Source of the DNA: a virus | Lineage: Duplodnaviria > Caudoviricetes | DNA: 53,295 nt | Direction: 5' to 3' (one strand) | IMG/VR virus record: IMGVR_UViG_3300021085_000042 | Location: 1-53,295 of that record | Shown: piece after piece, positions 9,602 to 18,655 of the stretch | Position numbering within the stretch: the stretch's first letter is position 1 | Layout of the letters: the number at the start of each line of letters is the position of its first letter | Program-made: the position numbers and the translations under genes | Notes under the pieces: model-generated | Database searches by the model: none | Seen by the model: only the letters and a program-made list of their open reading frames with translations | What the model was told of the DNA's origin: nothing

Positions 9602-10972
9602 TTATTGTACGTAACAGTTCAGTTCGTATTTTGCGCCCATATTATACACTTGAATCTGAAGCATTTGACGAACGGGCTTGCCTTTTTTCATCAACTTGAT
9701 CGAGTAAGAGTTGGTCTTATCTTTGCTAGGCTTTTTAGGACCAGTAGCAACTTTATCATGCCAATCGTCTTCATCAATATCAAATCCTTTTTTCTTAGCA
9801 ACTGCAATTGCTTCTTGCACTGCACCACTAAAAGTGTTATGATATAGTTTGTAGTTGGGCGCTTCTTGAAGGTCTTGTTGGACTTCTTCATTAACAACCT
9901 CTTCATTATAACCAGGCTTGATAGCTAGAAGACCCATCTTAGACTTAGGCACTTTTAGCATCTTGGCAGCCTTCATTTTGGCTCCGTATAGATCCTTTGC
10001 TTCGCTCTTTTTGATCTCTACTTTCTTACCGTTATAAATTGCTACCCATCCAGCCATCTTAGACTCTTCGATGTTTTCTGGCTTATGTGGCTTACCACAC
10101 GATTCACAAATTTTCTTTCCACACTCGCAACCACAGTCACAGTAATCTTCTTCACTGTCTTCTTTTACGACTTTACCGTTCTTAGAGATAATGCCCTTGT
10201 ACCCTTCCTTTTCCTTATCGGCAAGATATTTCTTGGCATATACCAATAGGTTGAAAGGCATCGTCCGAATCGGTCCACGCTTTGACATTGAATACTTAAC
10301 TATAAACTTCTCTTCGAGTACTTCACCATCTTCTTCAGCTTCATTGAGTTGCTTTTTCAGCTTATCAATTTTTCTCTGAATAGCAACTTTCTTCATCTTA
10401 ACAGAAGATGTGTTACCAAAGAAAGTCTTGAGATACTTCTCTGCTTGATCAATCTGCTTTTGAATCTTAGCCTTGTCTACGCCTTCATCTAGTTCAACTT
10501 CTTCACGCATAGTCTTCAGAGCATGTACCATATCTTTGTATGATTTGCCCATTGCAGTTTGAAGTTTCTCTTTATTATCTGGCTTACGAAAAGAAGCAAA
10601 CTTCTTAAGTGCAAGTTCAATAACTTTTGGAGGCAACTTAGCTTTCTTACCATCAGCAAATTGAATAGGAAGATTACCTCTCACGTCTGCCGCTTTACGC
10701 AACTGCATGATAATGTTCATCTTAGCGCCAGCTTTATCTTTGTCAGTTGCAACTAAGTCGAGGTCAGCAGGATCGAACTTCTCATTCACATCTTCGTTTT
10801 GACGCTTAAGTACCGCCCTAACTTGTGGATGATCAGACAATCCTTTTTTCATCTTCTCAATAGCTTTGACTGCACCAGTCATATTGCCACCGGCATAGCG
10901 TTTATCAGACGCAATACCAATCGCTTGCTTGACATGCATAGGACTAAATTTTTCGTTTAGTTCGTCAGTCAT
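9602..10972 (-). CDS. Putative internal-head polyprotein
   Basis: Lys-rich modules separated by acidic [LIV]-x-E motifs (LNE, VNE, LDE, LEE, IEE, LQE). Confidence 0.55.
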   Translation of the reverse strand: MTDELNEKFSPMHVKQAIGIASDKRYAGGNMTGAVKAIEKMKKGLSDHPQVRAVLKRQNEDVNEKFDPADLDLVATDKDKAGAKMNIIMQLRKAADVRGNLPIQFADGKKAKLPPKVIELALKKFASFRKPDNKEKLQTAMGKSYKDMVHALKTMREEVELDEGVDKAKIQKQIDQAEKYLKTFFGNTSSVKMKKVAIQRKIDKLKKQLNEAEEDGEVLEEKFIVKYSMSKRGPIRTMPFNLLVYAKKYLADKEKEGYKGIISKNGKVVKEDSEEDYCDCGCECGKKICESCGKPHKPENIEESKMAGWVAIYNGKKVEIKKSEAKDLYGAKMKAAKMLKVPKSKMGLLAIKPGYNEEVVNEEVQQDLQEAPNYKLYHNTFSGAVQEAIAVAKKKGFDIDEDDWHDKVATGPKKPSKDKTNSYSIKLMKKGKPVRQMLQIQVYNMGAKYELNCYVQ

Positions 10973-11896
10973 TTAGTCCTCCAACGCTTTAGAGATTGCT
11001 TTTCTACGCTTATGTAAGTACTCATCAGATTCGTCTTCATCGCCATCGTTGTCGATGTCTTTGTCTTTACGATCATCAAACTTCTTTTTAACAGCTTTAG
11101 GTTGAACTTTGTCCATGCCTTCACCATCGTCTGACTTGTCGTTAGAGTTATCTTCTTGAACTCCTTCGTAAGTCTCTTTACAATACTGAGCATATAGTTC
11201 TTCGAACTTCGCTTCCGAACAACCATACTTCTCACTCACTTTCTTATACATTTCATGCTTTGAGCATGAGGAAGCGTGTAGTTTTTTCATTTCGCCTACG
11301 CAAGACTTCTCGTCCATGTATGATTCTTTCAAACTCTTTTGAACATCTGCGATAGTCTTACATGATTTATCACATCCAAGACTTTTCTTAGCGTAAGCAA
11401 TAAGTTTAGCGTCTGGACCAGTCATTTCAACATCATCTCCACCAAACGAAGATGAGCCGATCTTTTTCATCTTGATACCGGCTGGTGCTTTACCAGTGAA
11501 CGACTTTACAGTAATAGTAGCTTCGTACATTACGTCTTCAAGTTCTACTTTACCACCGTCTTGAACAAGTTCAATTTCTTCGTGTTGAGATTTTGAAGCG
11601 GCTTTTACAGCAGTTTCTACAGACTTGGCTGCCTTATCTTTCGATGAGATCATGCCAATTTCTGGAGTTACGTCTGCTACTTTAGGTGTCTTAGTATCTC
11701 CGTCACCTGGTGCAGTTTTATCTGGTCCACGTGAACCTGTTGCTTCTGTTACTTCTTCTGGCTGTGCTTCAACTTCTACTACTGGTTCTTCAGCAACAGG
11801 CTCAGGCATTTTATATCCCTGAGAAGCAACTTTAGCAGTGAATGCATCAACCATACCTGCTGGCAGTGGTTGAATGTCTTCGGCTTTCTTAAACAT
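10973..11896 (-). CDS. Putative internal-head/prohead core polyprotein
   Basis: Charged modules with VTE/LKE/VQE motifs; C-terminal DKDIDNDGDEDESDEYLHKRRKAI. Confidence 0.55.
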   Translation of the reverse strand: MFKKAEDIQPLPAGMVDAFTAKVASQGYKMPEPVAEEPVVEVEAQPEEVTEATGSRGPDKTAPGDGDTKTPKVADVTPEIGMISSKDKAAKSVETAVKAASKSQHEEIELVQDGGKVELEDVMYEATITVKSFTGKAPAGIKMKKIGSSSFGGDDVEMTGPDAKLIAYAKKSLGCDKSCKTIADVQKSLKESYMDEKSCVGEMKKLHASSCSKHEMYKKVSEKYGCSEAKFEELYAQYCKETYEGVQEDNSNDKSDDGEGMDKVQPKAVKKKFDDRKDKDIDNDGDEDESDEYLHKRRKAISKALED

Positions 11897-11931
11897 GGTA
11901 TTCTCCTTTAATTATTTTATGTTACTATTTA

Positions 11932-12291
11932 TCAGTTATCAACTTTTGAGCTTGCACGCCATTGGTAACACGACCAATACTTTGCTTTCCATTTAGGACC
12001 AGGATTATCACATCCATGCCTTGCTCTAAAACTTTTCCTTCTTGCAGGATCATCTCGTTTGATTTCCATGTTCGGATCACCAAATTGAACTTTCACCACA
12101 TTTCCCTTTTCGTTCTTAGCGTATACGCCAAACTTTCTTTTAGATCCACTGGGCAGTCTGAAAGGATCGTTCAGCGTAACCTTTCTTCCTTGATACTCAG
12201 ATTCTTCTAAAACTAAATCTGCATAGATGTCGCACTCTTCACATACGGCATCAATAGTTTCTTCGTTATATCTTTTAAAGCTTTTCATCAT
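11932..12291 (-). CDS. Conserved phage protein with capsid-targeting-like N-terminus
   Basis: MMKSFKRYNEE...VQFGDPNM...RRKSFRARHGCD...YWSC; ATGA overlap. Confidence 0.65.
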   Translation of the reverse strand: MMKSFKRYNEETIDAVCEECDIYADLVLEESEYQGRKVTLNDPFRLPSGSKRKFGVYAKNEKGNVVKVQFGDPNMEIKRDDPARRKSFRARHGCDNPGPKWKAKYWSCYQWRASSKVDN

Positions 12292-12506
12292 TGTGCGTCC
12301 CAATATGTCTTGTCAAGTTCACCAGTTGCAGGTGGGTTACTAGTTTTTCTACACTTGATATATGTCTGTCTAGCGTTACCACCAGGTAAAGTAAATGTTC
12401 GAATACCATTAGCGATAGTGCCAGGAGTATCTGAATAAGTGTCAGATGCAGTTGCGGCATTATCGTATTGCCAAGCAGTGTTATTAGTGACTGTAACCCA
12501 AGCCAT
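12288..12506 (-). CDS. Hypothetical protein
   Basis: 72-aa ORF coupled to both neighbours. Confidence 0.55.
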   Translation of the reverse strand: MAWVTVTNNTAWQYDNAATASDTYSDTPGTIANGIRTFTLPGGNARQTYIKCRKTSNPPATGELDKTYWDAQ

Positions 12507-12742
12507 TACTCTTCTCCGTCTTTGTTCATCATGTATCGATGAGCAGAGTTCAAGTAATCGGCAGCCTTAGTGATCTTGTTCTGTACCCACTCTGGCAGAT
12601 TATCTTCGTCTTCAAACATCTTAACCATATGATCTGCGTCAGCCAATATACCACGTAGTTGGGTCTTAGCCATACCGCCTTCGTTGTCATACTCTTTCGG
12701 GTCTTTAGCTTCTGTCCTAAAATCGCTGAACTTTTTAATCAT
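12506..12742 (-). CDS. Small putative internal head protein
   Basis: MIKKFSDFRTE start; EGGMAKTQL...LPEWVQNKITKAADYL. Confidence 0.6.
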   Translation of the reverse strand: MIKKFSDFRTEAKDPKEYDNEGGMAKTQLRGILADADHMVKMFEDEDNLPEWVQNKITKAADYLNSAHRYMMNKDGEE

Positions 12743-12746
12743 TGTA

Positions 12747-13613
12747 CTATCCTAATAGTTTCTTTAGAGTTGCAGGACCAGCTACTCCATCAGCAGTCAA
12801 ACCATTTGCGGCTTGCCACGCTCTTAATGTACGCTTAGTACCAGGTCCAAAAATACCATCAGCGCCAATACCGAGTGCTTTCTGCACTGCGGCTACTGTA
12901 TCGCCTCTATCACCAGTTGTTACTGTTACGTATTCAACTTTAGATTTACTGGATGATTTCTTAGGGGCAGGAATCTTTCCGCCCATAATCTCAATAGCGG
13001 CATTGTAACGCTTAGTTCTATCTGCCAAGCCAATATCACCACCATTAATCTTCTTAGTCATTTTAACGATATCGCCTTTGTCTGCGATAGCATTTAACTT
13101 AGATGTCTTCCAGAACCAGCAAGCACTTTCAATAGCACCCTTTTCAGTTGCTACATATTCAGCGGCTTGTTCTGCTGTCATGCTTACGGTCTTACCGAAC
13201 TTAGTATAGTTCTCACGACCAGTAAGTTGCTTCAGTCCACGACCTCTAAATAACCAGCCGTCTCCATCTTTAACGTTACCCATCTTGTACTTACGGAACT
13301 CATCCATATATACGTAGTTAGCAATTTTCTCTGGGTTACGGGCATACTCTTTTGCGTCACGCTTTGGTGAATTACCAAAGTAACGTCCAAATACTCTGTT
13401 CAATGCGCTTTCGCTATAATTCAAGTTCTCTTCTAATGACTTAAAGTTATTACTTTCGTGGGCACATTGTGCAATAAATCCAGCCATTCTTTCAGGCGTG
13501 TTGATGTCGTACTTAGGAAAGATTTCTACAATCGCATCGTACCACATATCTACTTTTGAGTTGCCAGGAATCATTGCTGCCAGCATCTCTTTTGTTAATT
13601 CAAATTTACTCAT
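12747..13613 (-). CDS. GH19 endolysin with C-terminal peptidoglycan-binding domain
   Basis: FIAQCAHES, EENLNYS, FRGRGLKQLTGRENY, TKKINGG; PG_binding_1-like DGIFGPGT...DGVAGPAT. Confidence 0.88.
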   Translation of the reverse strand: MSKFELTKEMLAAMIPGNSKVDMWYDAIVEIFPKYDINTPERMAGFIAQCAHESNNFKSLEENLNYSESALNRVFGRYFGNSPKRDAKEYARNPEKIANYVYMDEFRKYKMGNVKDGDGWLFRGRGLKQLTGRENYTKFGKTVSMTAEQAAEYVATEKGAIESACWFWKTSKLNAIADKGDIVKMTKKINGGDIGLADRTKRYNAAIEIMGGKIPAPKKSSSKSKVEYVTVTTGDRGDTVAAVQKALGIGADGIFGPGTKRTLRAWQAANGLTADGVAGPATLKKLLG

Positions 13614-13614
13614 C

Positions 13615-14073
13615 TTATTTTTTCTCCAAAACATTTTCATTCCCTTCGTGTATCTTTTTTGTGAAAGTCTTTGGGTAGCTGTACACGTGTTTTAATAATT
13701 CATGAACTTTCACATCTGCTTGCATGATATCTATATTTCCACCTACGTTTCGAGCGGCTAACCATCGATGATGTCCGTCAATGATATAGTTATCTTTACT
13801 CACAATCAGAGGTTTTGCTTGACCAAGAGTCTTGATCTTAGCGATTGCCCCTACAATCTTATCTTTGTTAAATTCTTTCTGAATAGGCTTTAAACTCTTA
13901 GCAGGAACCTTAGTCTTTTTCACAGCAACGTTGTTCTTCTTCAGATGCTTGATAAGTCCATCATAATCTTTCGATCTTACTTGAGGCATCTTGTCTCTTG
14001 TAAAACCTAGAGTATCTGTGGACTTAGGTTCATAGACCTTAAGTTCTGACACAAAGTTCCTAAACTTCTTCAT
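13615..14073 (-). CDS. ParB/Srx-like domain protein with capsid-targeting-like N-terminus
   Basis: PLIVSKDNYIIDGHHRW; starts MKKFRNFVSE. Confidence 0.7.
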   Translation of the reverse strand: MKKFRNFVSELKVYEPKSTDTLGFTRDKMPQVRSKDYDGLIKHLKKNNVAVKKTKVPAKSLKPIQKEFNKDKIVGAIAKIKTLGQAKPLIVSKDNYIIDGHHRWLAARNVGGNIDIMQADVKVHELLKHVYSYPKTFTKKIHEGNENVLEKK

Positions 14074-17000
14074 ACCTTGATCACTTTACTAGATGTGCCA
14101 AAGTTCTTCTTACGCATGATAGTCTTGTTGACTACTTCGTATTCATCCTTTTCGCTATCATAGTTAATGACGATAGGTAAGTTCAAATCTGCTTGAATGT
14201 CCTTAAGCACTGCTTCGATGTCAGGATTTTGACGAATGTTCTTTGCTTTGTTCTTTGCAATCTTTTTGAATACTCGCTGAAGTTCTGCAATAGTGATAGC
14301 AGGCTTATTGCGATCATCGTTCATTCTGTCTGCAAAATGCTTAGTGAATTCTACGTCAATGCCAAACTTGTCGAGTAATCTATCTGCAAACCTTTCTAAG
14401 TCATTCAACTGCTTCTGAGTAACTTCTTCTTCGAAGTGTGCTTCAAATAGATCATCTACTGACTCAGTGACAGTCTCGCCAGGAGTATCTTTCTTGTAAC
14501 GCTTAGTAACTTTTTCAGTACCTCTATCACCAGCACCGCCCTGTTCGAATACATAATCACTAGGCACCATATCTGCTAATGTTCTGCCATCAACGCCTGC
14601 GTAACTTTTTGCGATTTGTGCGGCATAGTATCCTACGCCATGTCTAATCTTACCTTTTGACTCTTTCTTTTTTCTGTCGAGTACAGTGGTGAGAGTTTTT
14701 AATGCGTGTTGGTAGTTCTTTTTGTTAGTAATAGATCCTAACTTAGACCTGATAATGTCTTGTGTACTTCTCTCTGCAAAATGCTCTTCAAACATGAGGT
14801 CTTCAGTACTAGATTCTTCAAATGCCTCCCTTGCTACAATTCTCCAGCCTTGCTTCTTCATTCTATCAGCAGTAGCTCCATCGACTTTGCGTTGGTAAGG
14901 TCCTTTCTTAACTACATAGACTTCTGCGCCTTCATTCTTAGGCACACAGTTAGGCACTAGCTTACCGTTTTTCTTTTTCATGCCTCTTTGTTCGTGAGAG
15001 TCCCAGCATGGATCATCCTCTTTCAAAGACTTACCTTCGCTATCGTAACCAGGTTTACCAGCTTTCTCTTTCTTAGAGATAGCAATTGCGGCACGTTGTG
15101 CGGCTGAAACTGCGCCCTCTTCTAACTTGCCACCAGCATCTACGAATGCGGCAACAGCCATTTGTTGTTTCTTCTTATCAGACTTACCTGCAAACTGAGG
15201 AGCATCTGAGTTTTTGAAGTCATCAATCCAAGCTCCAAGTCCATCGGATACTTTTAACTTCTCTTCAATCTCTTCTTTCTTAGAACTACCACGAACTTTA
15301 GCGGCTAGGTCTGCGTCTGCTTTACCCCATGTGCCCGATGACTTAGTGATGAAAGAATTGACACGTGCAAAGCCCCATTGCTGTGGAGTAGTACCTGGTC
15401 TATGTCCAGTTCTCCAAGCGGCAATACCTCTGTTATAAACTTGACGTAAAATACCAAGTGGCATTCCAGACTTCTCTGCTTTCTTCTTTAATCCTTCATC
15501 GCCTTTTGCTTCATCTAATGTTACCTGATCAACAATGTCGTTTGTAGTCTCTTCGATGAATGCAATTAAATCTTTATCAGAGTGAAACTCTTCTTTGTTA
15601 ACTTGAGTGATCTTCTTACGTAACTCTCTAGTAAGCAATCCATCCATCTCACGCTCATGCTCTTTAGATAAGTTTTGTCTTTCGTCTTTGTGTTGTCTTT
15701 TAAGTCGCTTCTCTGCATCTGTATTGATAGTTATTTCAGCTATTTCGACTTCTTCTTTACGTTGTCTGAATGCACGAAAACGGCGGTCTAGTTTTATTTG
15801 ACCTTCTTTATTAAACATCTGATGATATCGTTTAGTGTGTGTAGATGTTTTTGTTTTTGCTTCTGCATCACCAGGTGCTGGTTTGTACGCATCTGGATTA
15901 TCATCATCCATCTTAGCGCCCTTCTTGAAATGTGCATCACGTTTTACTTTAGTAGACTTAGCAAGACCTTTATGATATACTGCTGGCTGTGTGCCTTTAC
16001 GATCAGCAATATCTTTGTCTTGACCTACAGTAGGCTCCTCAAACAAGTTAGAGAATTCTTCATTGATGATATAAGACTCAAACTCTTCGTTAGCACTTTT
16101 CTTGCCAGATAATTTAGCTAGGTCTGCTTTTCTAACCGAAGGTAGTAGCTTCTTAGCGATTCTATCAATAGCTGATTTTTTCTTTGCAACACGCTTATCG
16201 ATAAGCATCTTCTCAGAAGGAGATAGTGAAGCATAGTTCTCACCCTTCTTGCCTGCAACCTTTTTACGAATTACTTTGATGGCAGCCTTTCTAGCACGAA
16301 CTTTAAGTTTGTCCATAGTAGCGGCTTTCTTTGCCATACGTCTACGACCTTGAGCGATCTTAGACTTGAACTTACGCATGGTTATTGATCTCATGCGTCT
16401 TTGCTGAATAGTCAACGCTTCGTCAAGCTGTTCTGACATCTCTGCAATCTTCATGCCGCCACGTACCATATCGTATACGTCTTGTGCGTCACCTTGAAGT
16501 CTGCGAGGCAAACCAGTTTTGAATTTTTTGAAATCGCCCTGTGAGGCTGCGGCTCTCATCTTAGATGCAGACATACCAGAAACACCTTCGGAATCTGGGT
16601 CACGATCTCCAGCAGATACGATTTTAATGCTATCGAATCTATAGTCTTTGCCGTTATACTTATTTAAGAGTTCATCGAATTGTTTGATTCGATCTTGACC
16701 AACAACTAGAACTACTTTAGAAAAACTCTTCTGTAATTCTTGCATGATCTGAATGATAGTACGTGAATTAGATTTTACGATTATGTTACCAAATGCTTTC
16801 TTGGCAAGCATAATTTTGTCATCGTAATCTAGAGGATTCTTTTTAGCATCTTGACTATGAGAGACATAGACTAAAGGAGTTGCTCCTTCTTGCTTTGCAA
16901 CTGATTTAATTTTGTTGACTAGTTTTTCATGACCAACCGTGATTGGATTCATTCTACCCCAACCGAGAACGACTGTCTTGTTGGGAGCTTCTTCAAGTTT

Positions 17001-17150
17001 AGGATTGATCTCAATCGAATTCTTTACGAGAAGTTCGTCTTTTACTTTCTTCGAAGCCTTCTTTGACTTCTCTGTCTTATCCGTCTTCTTTTTAGAAGTC
17101 GTTTCTTCACCAGAGTTTGCCTCTGGATTATCCATAGAATCATCTTGCAT
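14070..17150 (-). CDS. Cytidyltransferase-like (HIGH) nucleotidyltransferase fused to many small modules
   Basis: GRMNPITVGH, KKNPL, VVGQDR, MSASKMR in the N-terminal ~230 aa, then ~10 modules bounded by x-x-E motifs. Confidence 0.75.
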   Translation of the reverse strand: MQDDSMDNPEANSGEETTSKKKTDKTEKSKKASKKVKDELLVKNSIEINPKLEEAPNKTVVLGWGRMNPITVGHEKLVNKIKSVAKQEGATPLVYVSHSQDAKKNPLDYDDKIMLAKKAFGNIIVKSNSRTIIQIMQELQKSFSKVVLVVGQDRIKQFDELLNKYNGKDYRFDSIKIVSAGDRDPDSEGVSGMSASKMRAAASQGDFKKFKTGLPRRLQGDAQDVYDMVRGGMKIAEMSEQLDEALTIQQRRMRSITMRKFKSKIAQGRRRMAKKAATMDKLKVRARKAAIKVIRKKVAGKKGENYASLSPSEKMLIDKRVAKKKSAIDRIAKKLLPSVRKADLAKLSGKKSANEEFESYIINEEFSNLFEEPTVGQDKDIADRKGTQPAVYHKGLAKSTKVKRDAHFKKGAKMDDDNPDAYKPAPGDAEAKTKTSTHTKRYHQMFNKEGQIKLDRRFRAFRQRKEEVEIAEITINTDAEKRLKRQHKDERQNLSKEHEREMDGLLTRELRKKITQVNKEEFHSDKDLIAFIEETTNDIVDQVTLDEAKGDEGLKKKAEKSGMPLGILRQVYNRGIAAWRTGHRPGTTPQQWGFARVNSFITKSSGTWGKADADLAAKVRGSSKKEEIEEKLKVSDGLGAWIDDFKNSDAPQFAGKSDKKKQQMAVAAFVDAGGKLEEGAVSAAQRAAIAISKKEKAGKPGYDSEGKSLKEDDPCWDSHEQRGMKKKNGKLVPNCVPKNEGAEVYVVKKGPYQRKVDGATADRMKKQGWRIVAREAFEESSTEDLMFEEHFAERSTQDIIRSKLGSITNKKNYQHALKTLTTVLDRKKKESKGKIRHGVGYYAAQIAKSYAGVDGRTLADMVPSDYVFEQGGAGDRGTEKVTKRYKKDTPGETVTESVDDLFEAHFEEEVTQKQLNDLERFADRLLDKFGIDVEFTKHFADRMNDDRNKPAITIAELQRVFKKIAKNKAKNIRQNPDIEAVLKDIQADLNLPIVINYDSEKDEYEVVNKTIMRKKNFGTSSKVIKV

Positions 17151-17206
17151 TTTTATTCCTCTATCGTAGGTTTACCGTAGTCTTACTACAACGATTTGTT
17201 ATGTAC

Positions 17207-17214
17207 TATTTATA
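17207..17214 (-). promoter_or_regulatory. T4 late promoter
   Basis: TATAAATA about 57 nt upstream of the 1026-aa gene. Confidence 0.75.
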
Positions 17215-17216
17215 AA

Positions 17217-17666
17217 TTACAGTAGTTCCCTACTGTCTTCCCATGTCTTTTGCATACTAGATAAATTTTTTCTAGCAACTTCTACTTCAGTGAGTGCCTC
17301 TAGTTCTAACACTTCAGCATTGATACGCTGATCTTTTAGTATCTGATATTTTTCTTCTATCTGACGCACCGTTTCTGAATAGTTTTGAACTGCATGTCTT
17401 GCGTCTTTTTCTGCTTGAATTGCAAGCAAAGGATCTACAGGCTCATTTTCAATAGATGGCATAAGAGGATGCTCAATATCTGCTTGTCCCCATTCTTCTT
17501 CAAGTTCTGCGTCTACATAGATAGGATCTAAGTTTTCTTCTGAACTGGATAAGTGGTCACTAAGCCGTTCAATTAAGACGGATTTAGTAAGTCTTCTATC
17601 CAGTTCAATGCCAACTGTACGTCCATAATCTTCTAACTCACGCTTTGTCATATCAACGAAATTCAT
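17217..17666 (-). CDS. Hypothetical protein with small helical N-terminal domain and coiled-coil tail
   Basis: MTKRELEDYGRTVGIELDRRLTKSVLI resembles Rho-N/HEH motifs. Confidence 0.55.
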   Translation of the reverse strand: MNFVDMTKRELEDYGRTVGIELDRRLTKSVLIERLSDHLSSSEENLDPIYVDAELEEEWGQADIEHPLMPSIENEPVDPLLAIQAEKDARHAVQNYSETVRQIEEKYQILKDQRINAEVLELEALTEVEVARKNLSSMQKTWEDSRELL

Positions 17667-17668
17667 AA

Positions 17669-17830
17669 TTAGTCCTCTGATTTAACTAACGTAAAGATGC
17701 CATAAGCGATTGCGCCATATGCTGCCCAACCGACTAGACCTTGAAACATAAGTGCAACTACACCAACTGCGATAAGAACTCCACCATCCCAAGATGTGCG
17801 TTCCATTAATCTGTTTTTTAACCAATTCAT
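17669..17830 (-). CDS. Small two-TM membrane protein (holin candidate), 53 aa
   Basis: Hand translation MNWLKNRLMERTSWDGGVLIAVGVVALMFQGLVGWAAYGAIAYGIFTLVKSED; AAGGAG RBS. Confidence 0.7.
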   Translation of the reverse strand: MNWLKNRLMERTSWDGGVLIAVGVVALMFQGLVGWAAYGAIAYGIFTLVKSED

Positions 17831-18000
17831 ATTATTCTCCTTTAAATGCGAAAGCAGGCATGAAGCCCGCTTTACGTTAAGACTTCGTATTACTATTTAG
17901 CGTAATACGAACCGATGATAATGCCATTTTCTTTAAAGGTCTCGATCCAGCATCGAATGTAACCATCATGACACATATAGCCACGATAAAATATTTTAAT

Positions 18001-18135
18001 TTAATGCGTTTTGTACATAGTATGTTTATATTCCGAAATCTCTCGGGCTTTTTCATAGTATCCTAATTCTCGTAATTTTTTGATAGATATGCAATAGCTT
18101 CTATATTCCATTGCTTTCATAAATCTTTTTATCAT
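18001..18135 (-). CDS. Small basic protein, 44 aa
   Basis: Hand translation MIKRFMKAMEYRSYCISIKKLRELGYYEKAREISEYKHTMYKTH; starts 1 nt after upstream stop. Confidence 0.55.
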   Translation of the reverse strand: MIKRFMKAMEYRSYCISIKKLRELGYYEKAREISEYKHTMYKTH

Positions 18136-18136
18136 T

Positions 18137-18295
18137 CTATTTCTCTAGCATTAATCGTTTTGCTTCTTCGTGCATGCCCATCCGTGATAGTTCAGATGCG
18201 GCTCTTGCTCTACCGGCTGATTCGCCAATCGACCACATTGTGCCCCAAAAACCAGAAAGAGGTGCGAATGTAAATTTCAAAATTGCTTCAGCCAT
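18137..18295 (-). CDS. Small protein, 52 aa
   Basis: Hand translation MAEAILKFTFAPLSGFWGTMWSIGESAGRARAASELSRMGMHEEAKRLMLEK; TAATG coupling. Confidence 0.7.
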   Translation of the reverse strand: MAEAILKFTFAPLSGFWGTMWSIGESAGRARAASELSRMGMHEEAKRLMLEK

Positions 18296-18537
18296 TATAC
18301 CCAACCTCGCAAGTTTGGATTATCTGATCTATCTGGAGAATATTCGCCAATTGATACTGAGTGAATTAGTCCTCTATGCAGACCAATGTCTGATAATTCT
18401 TTGTCTGTAAGTTTTGATAGTTGATTATAAGTTTCTCTATAAGTCTTGCGGTCTTCGAAGTATCTCACCACTTTATAGATGTAAGCGGATAAGAATGAGA
18501 AATCTAAAAATCGTACTGCGGCTAATACGTGTGCCAT
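18295..18537 (-). CDS. DUF1127 (YjiS/CcaF1-like) small protein
   Basis: RKTYRETYNQLSKLTDKELSDIGLHRGLI core and NPNLRGWV tail. Confidence 0.85.
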   Translation of the reverse strand: MAHVLAAVRFLDFSFLSAYIYKVVRYFEDRKTYRETYNQLSKLTDKELSDIGLHRGLIHSVSIGEYSPDRSDNPNLRGWV

Positions 18538-18590
18538 TATGTAACCTTTCGTATGTGATAAATGTGTTACGTCAATCTTGTTGACGCAAA

Positions 18591-18598
18591 TATTTATA
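18591..18598 (-). promoter_or_regulatory. T4 late promoter
   Basis: TATAAATA upstream of the DUF1127 gene. Confidence 0.7.
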
Positions 18599-18655
18599 CA
18601 AGAAAAGTGTAATTTTGTGATGCTAAATCCGAATACCCGTGATGCGGTAAATGAC

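Noticed and set aside
10970-10975. In-frame TAA-ATG junction suggesting readthrough or recoding (also TAG-ATG at 45481-45486)
   Set aside because: The downstream genes have their own SD (GGAGG, GGAG), and conserved genes end normally at TAA, TAG and TGA, so ordinary coupling explains it
17166-17180. GGTAAACC as part of a c-di-GMP-I riboswitch
   Set aside because: The other conserved elements of that aptamer are missing
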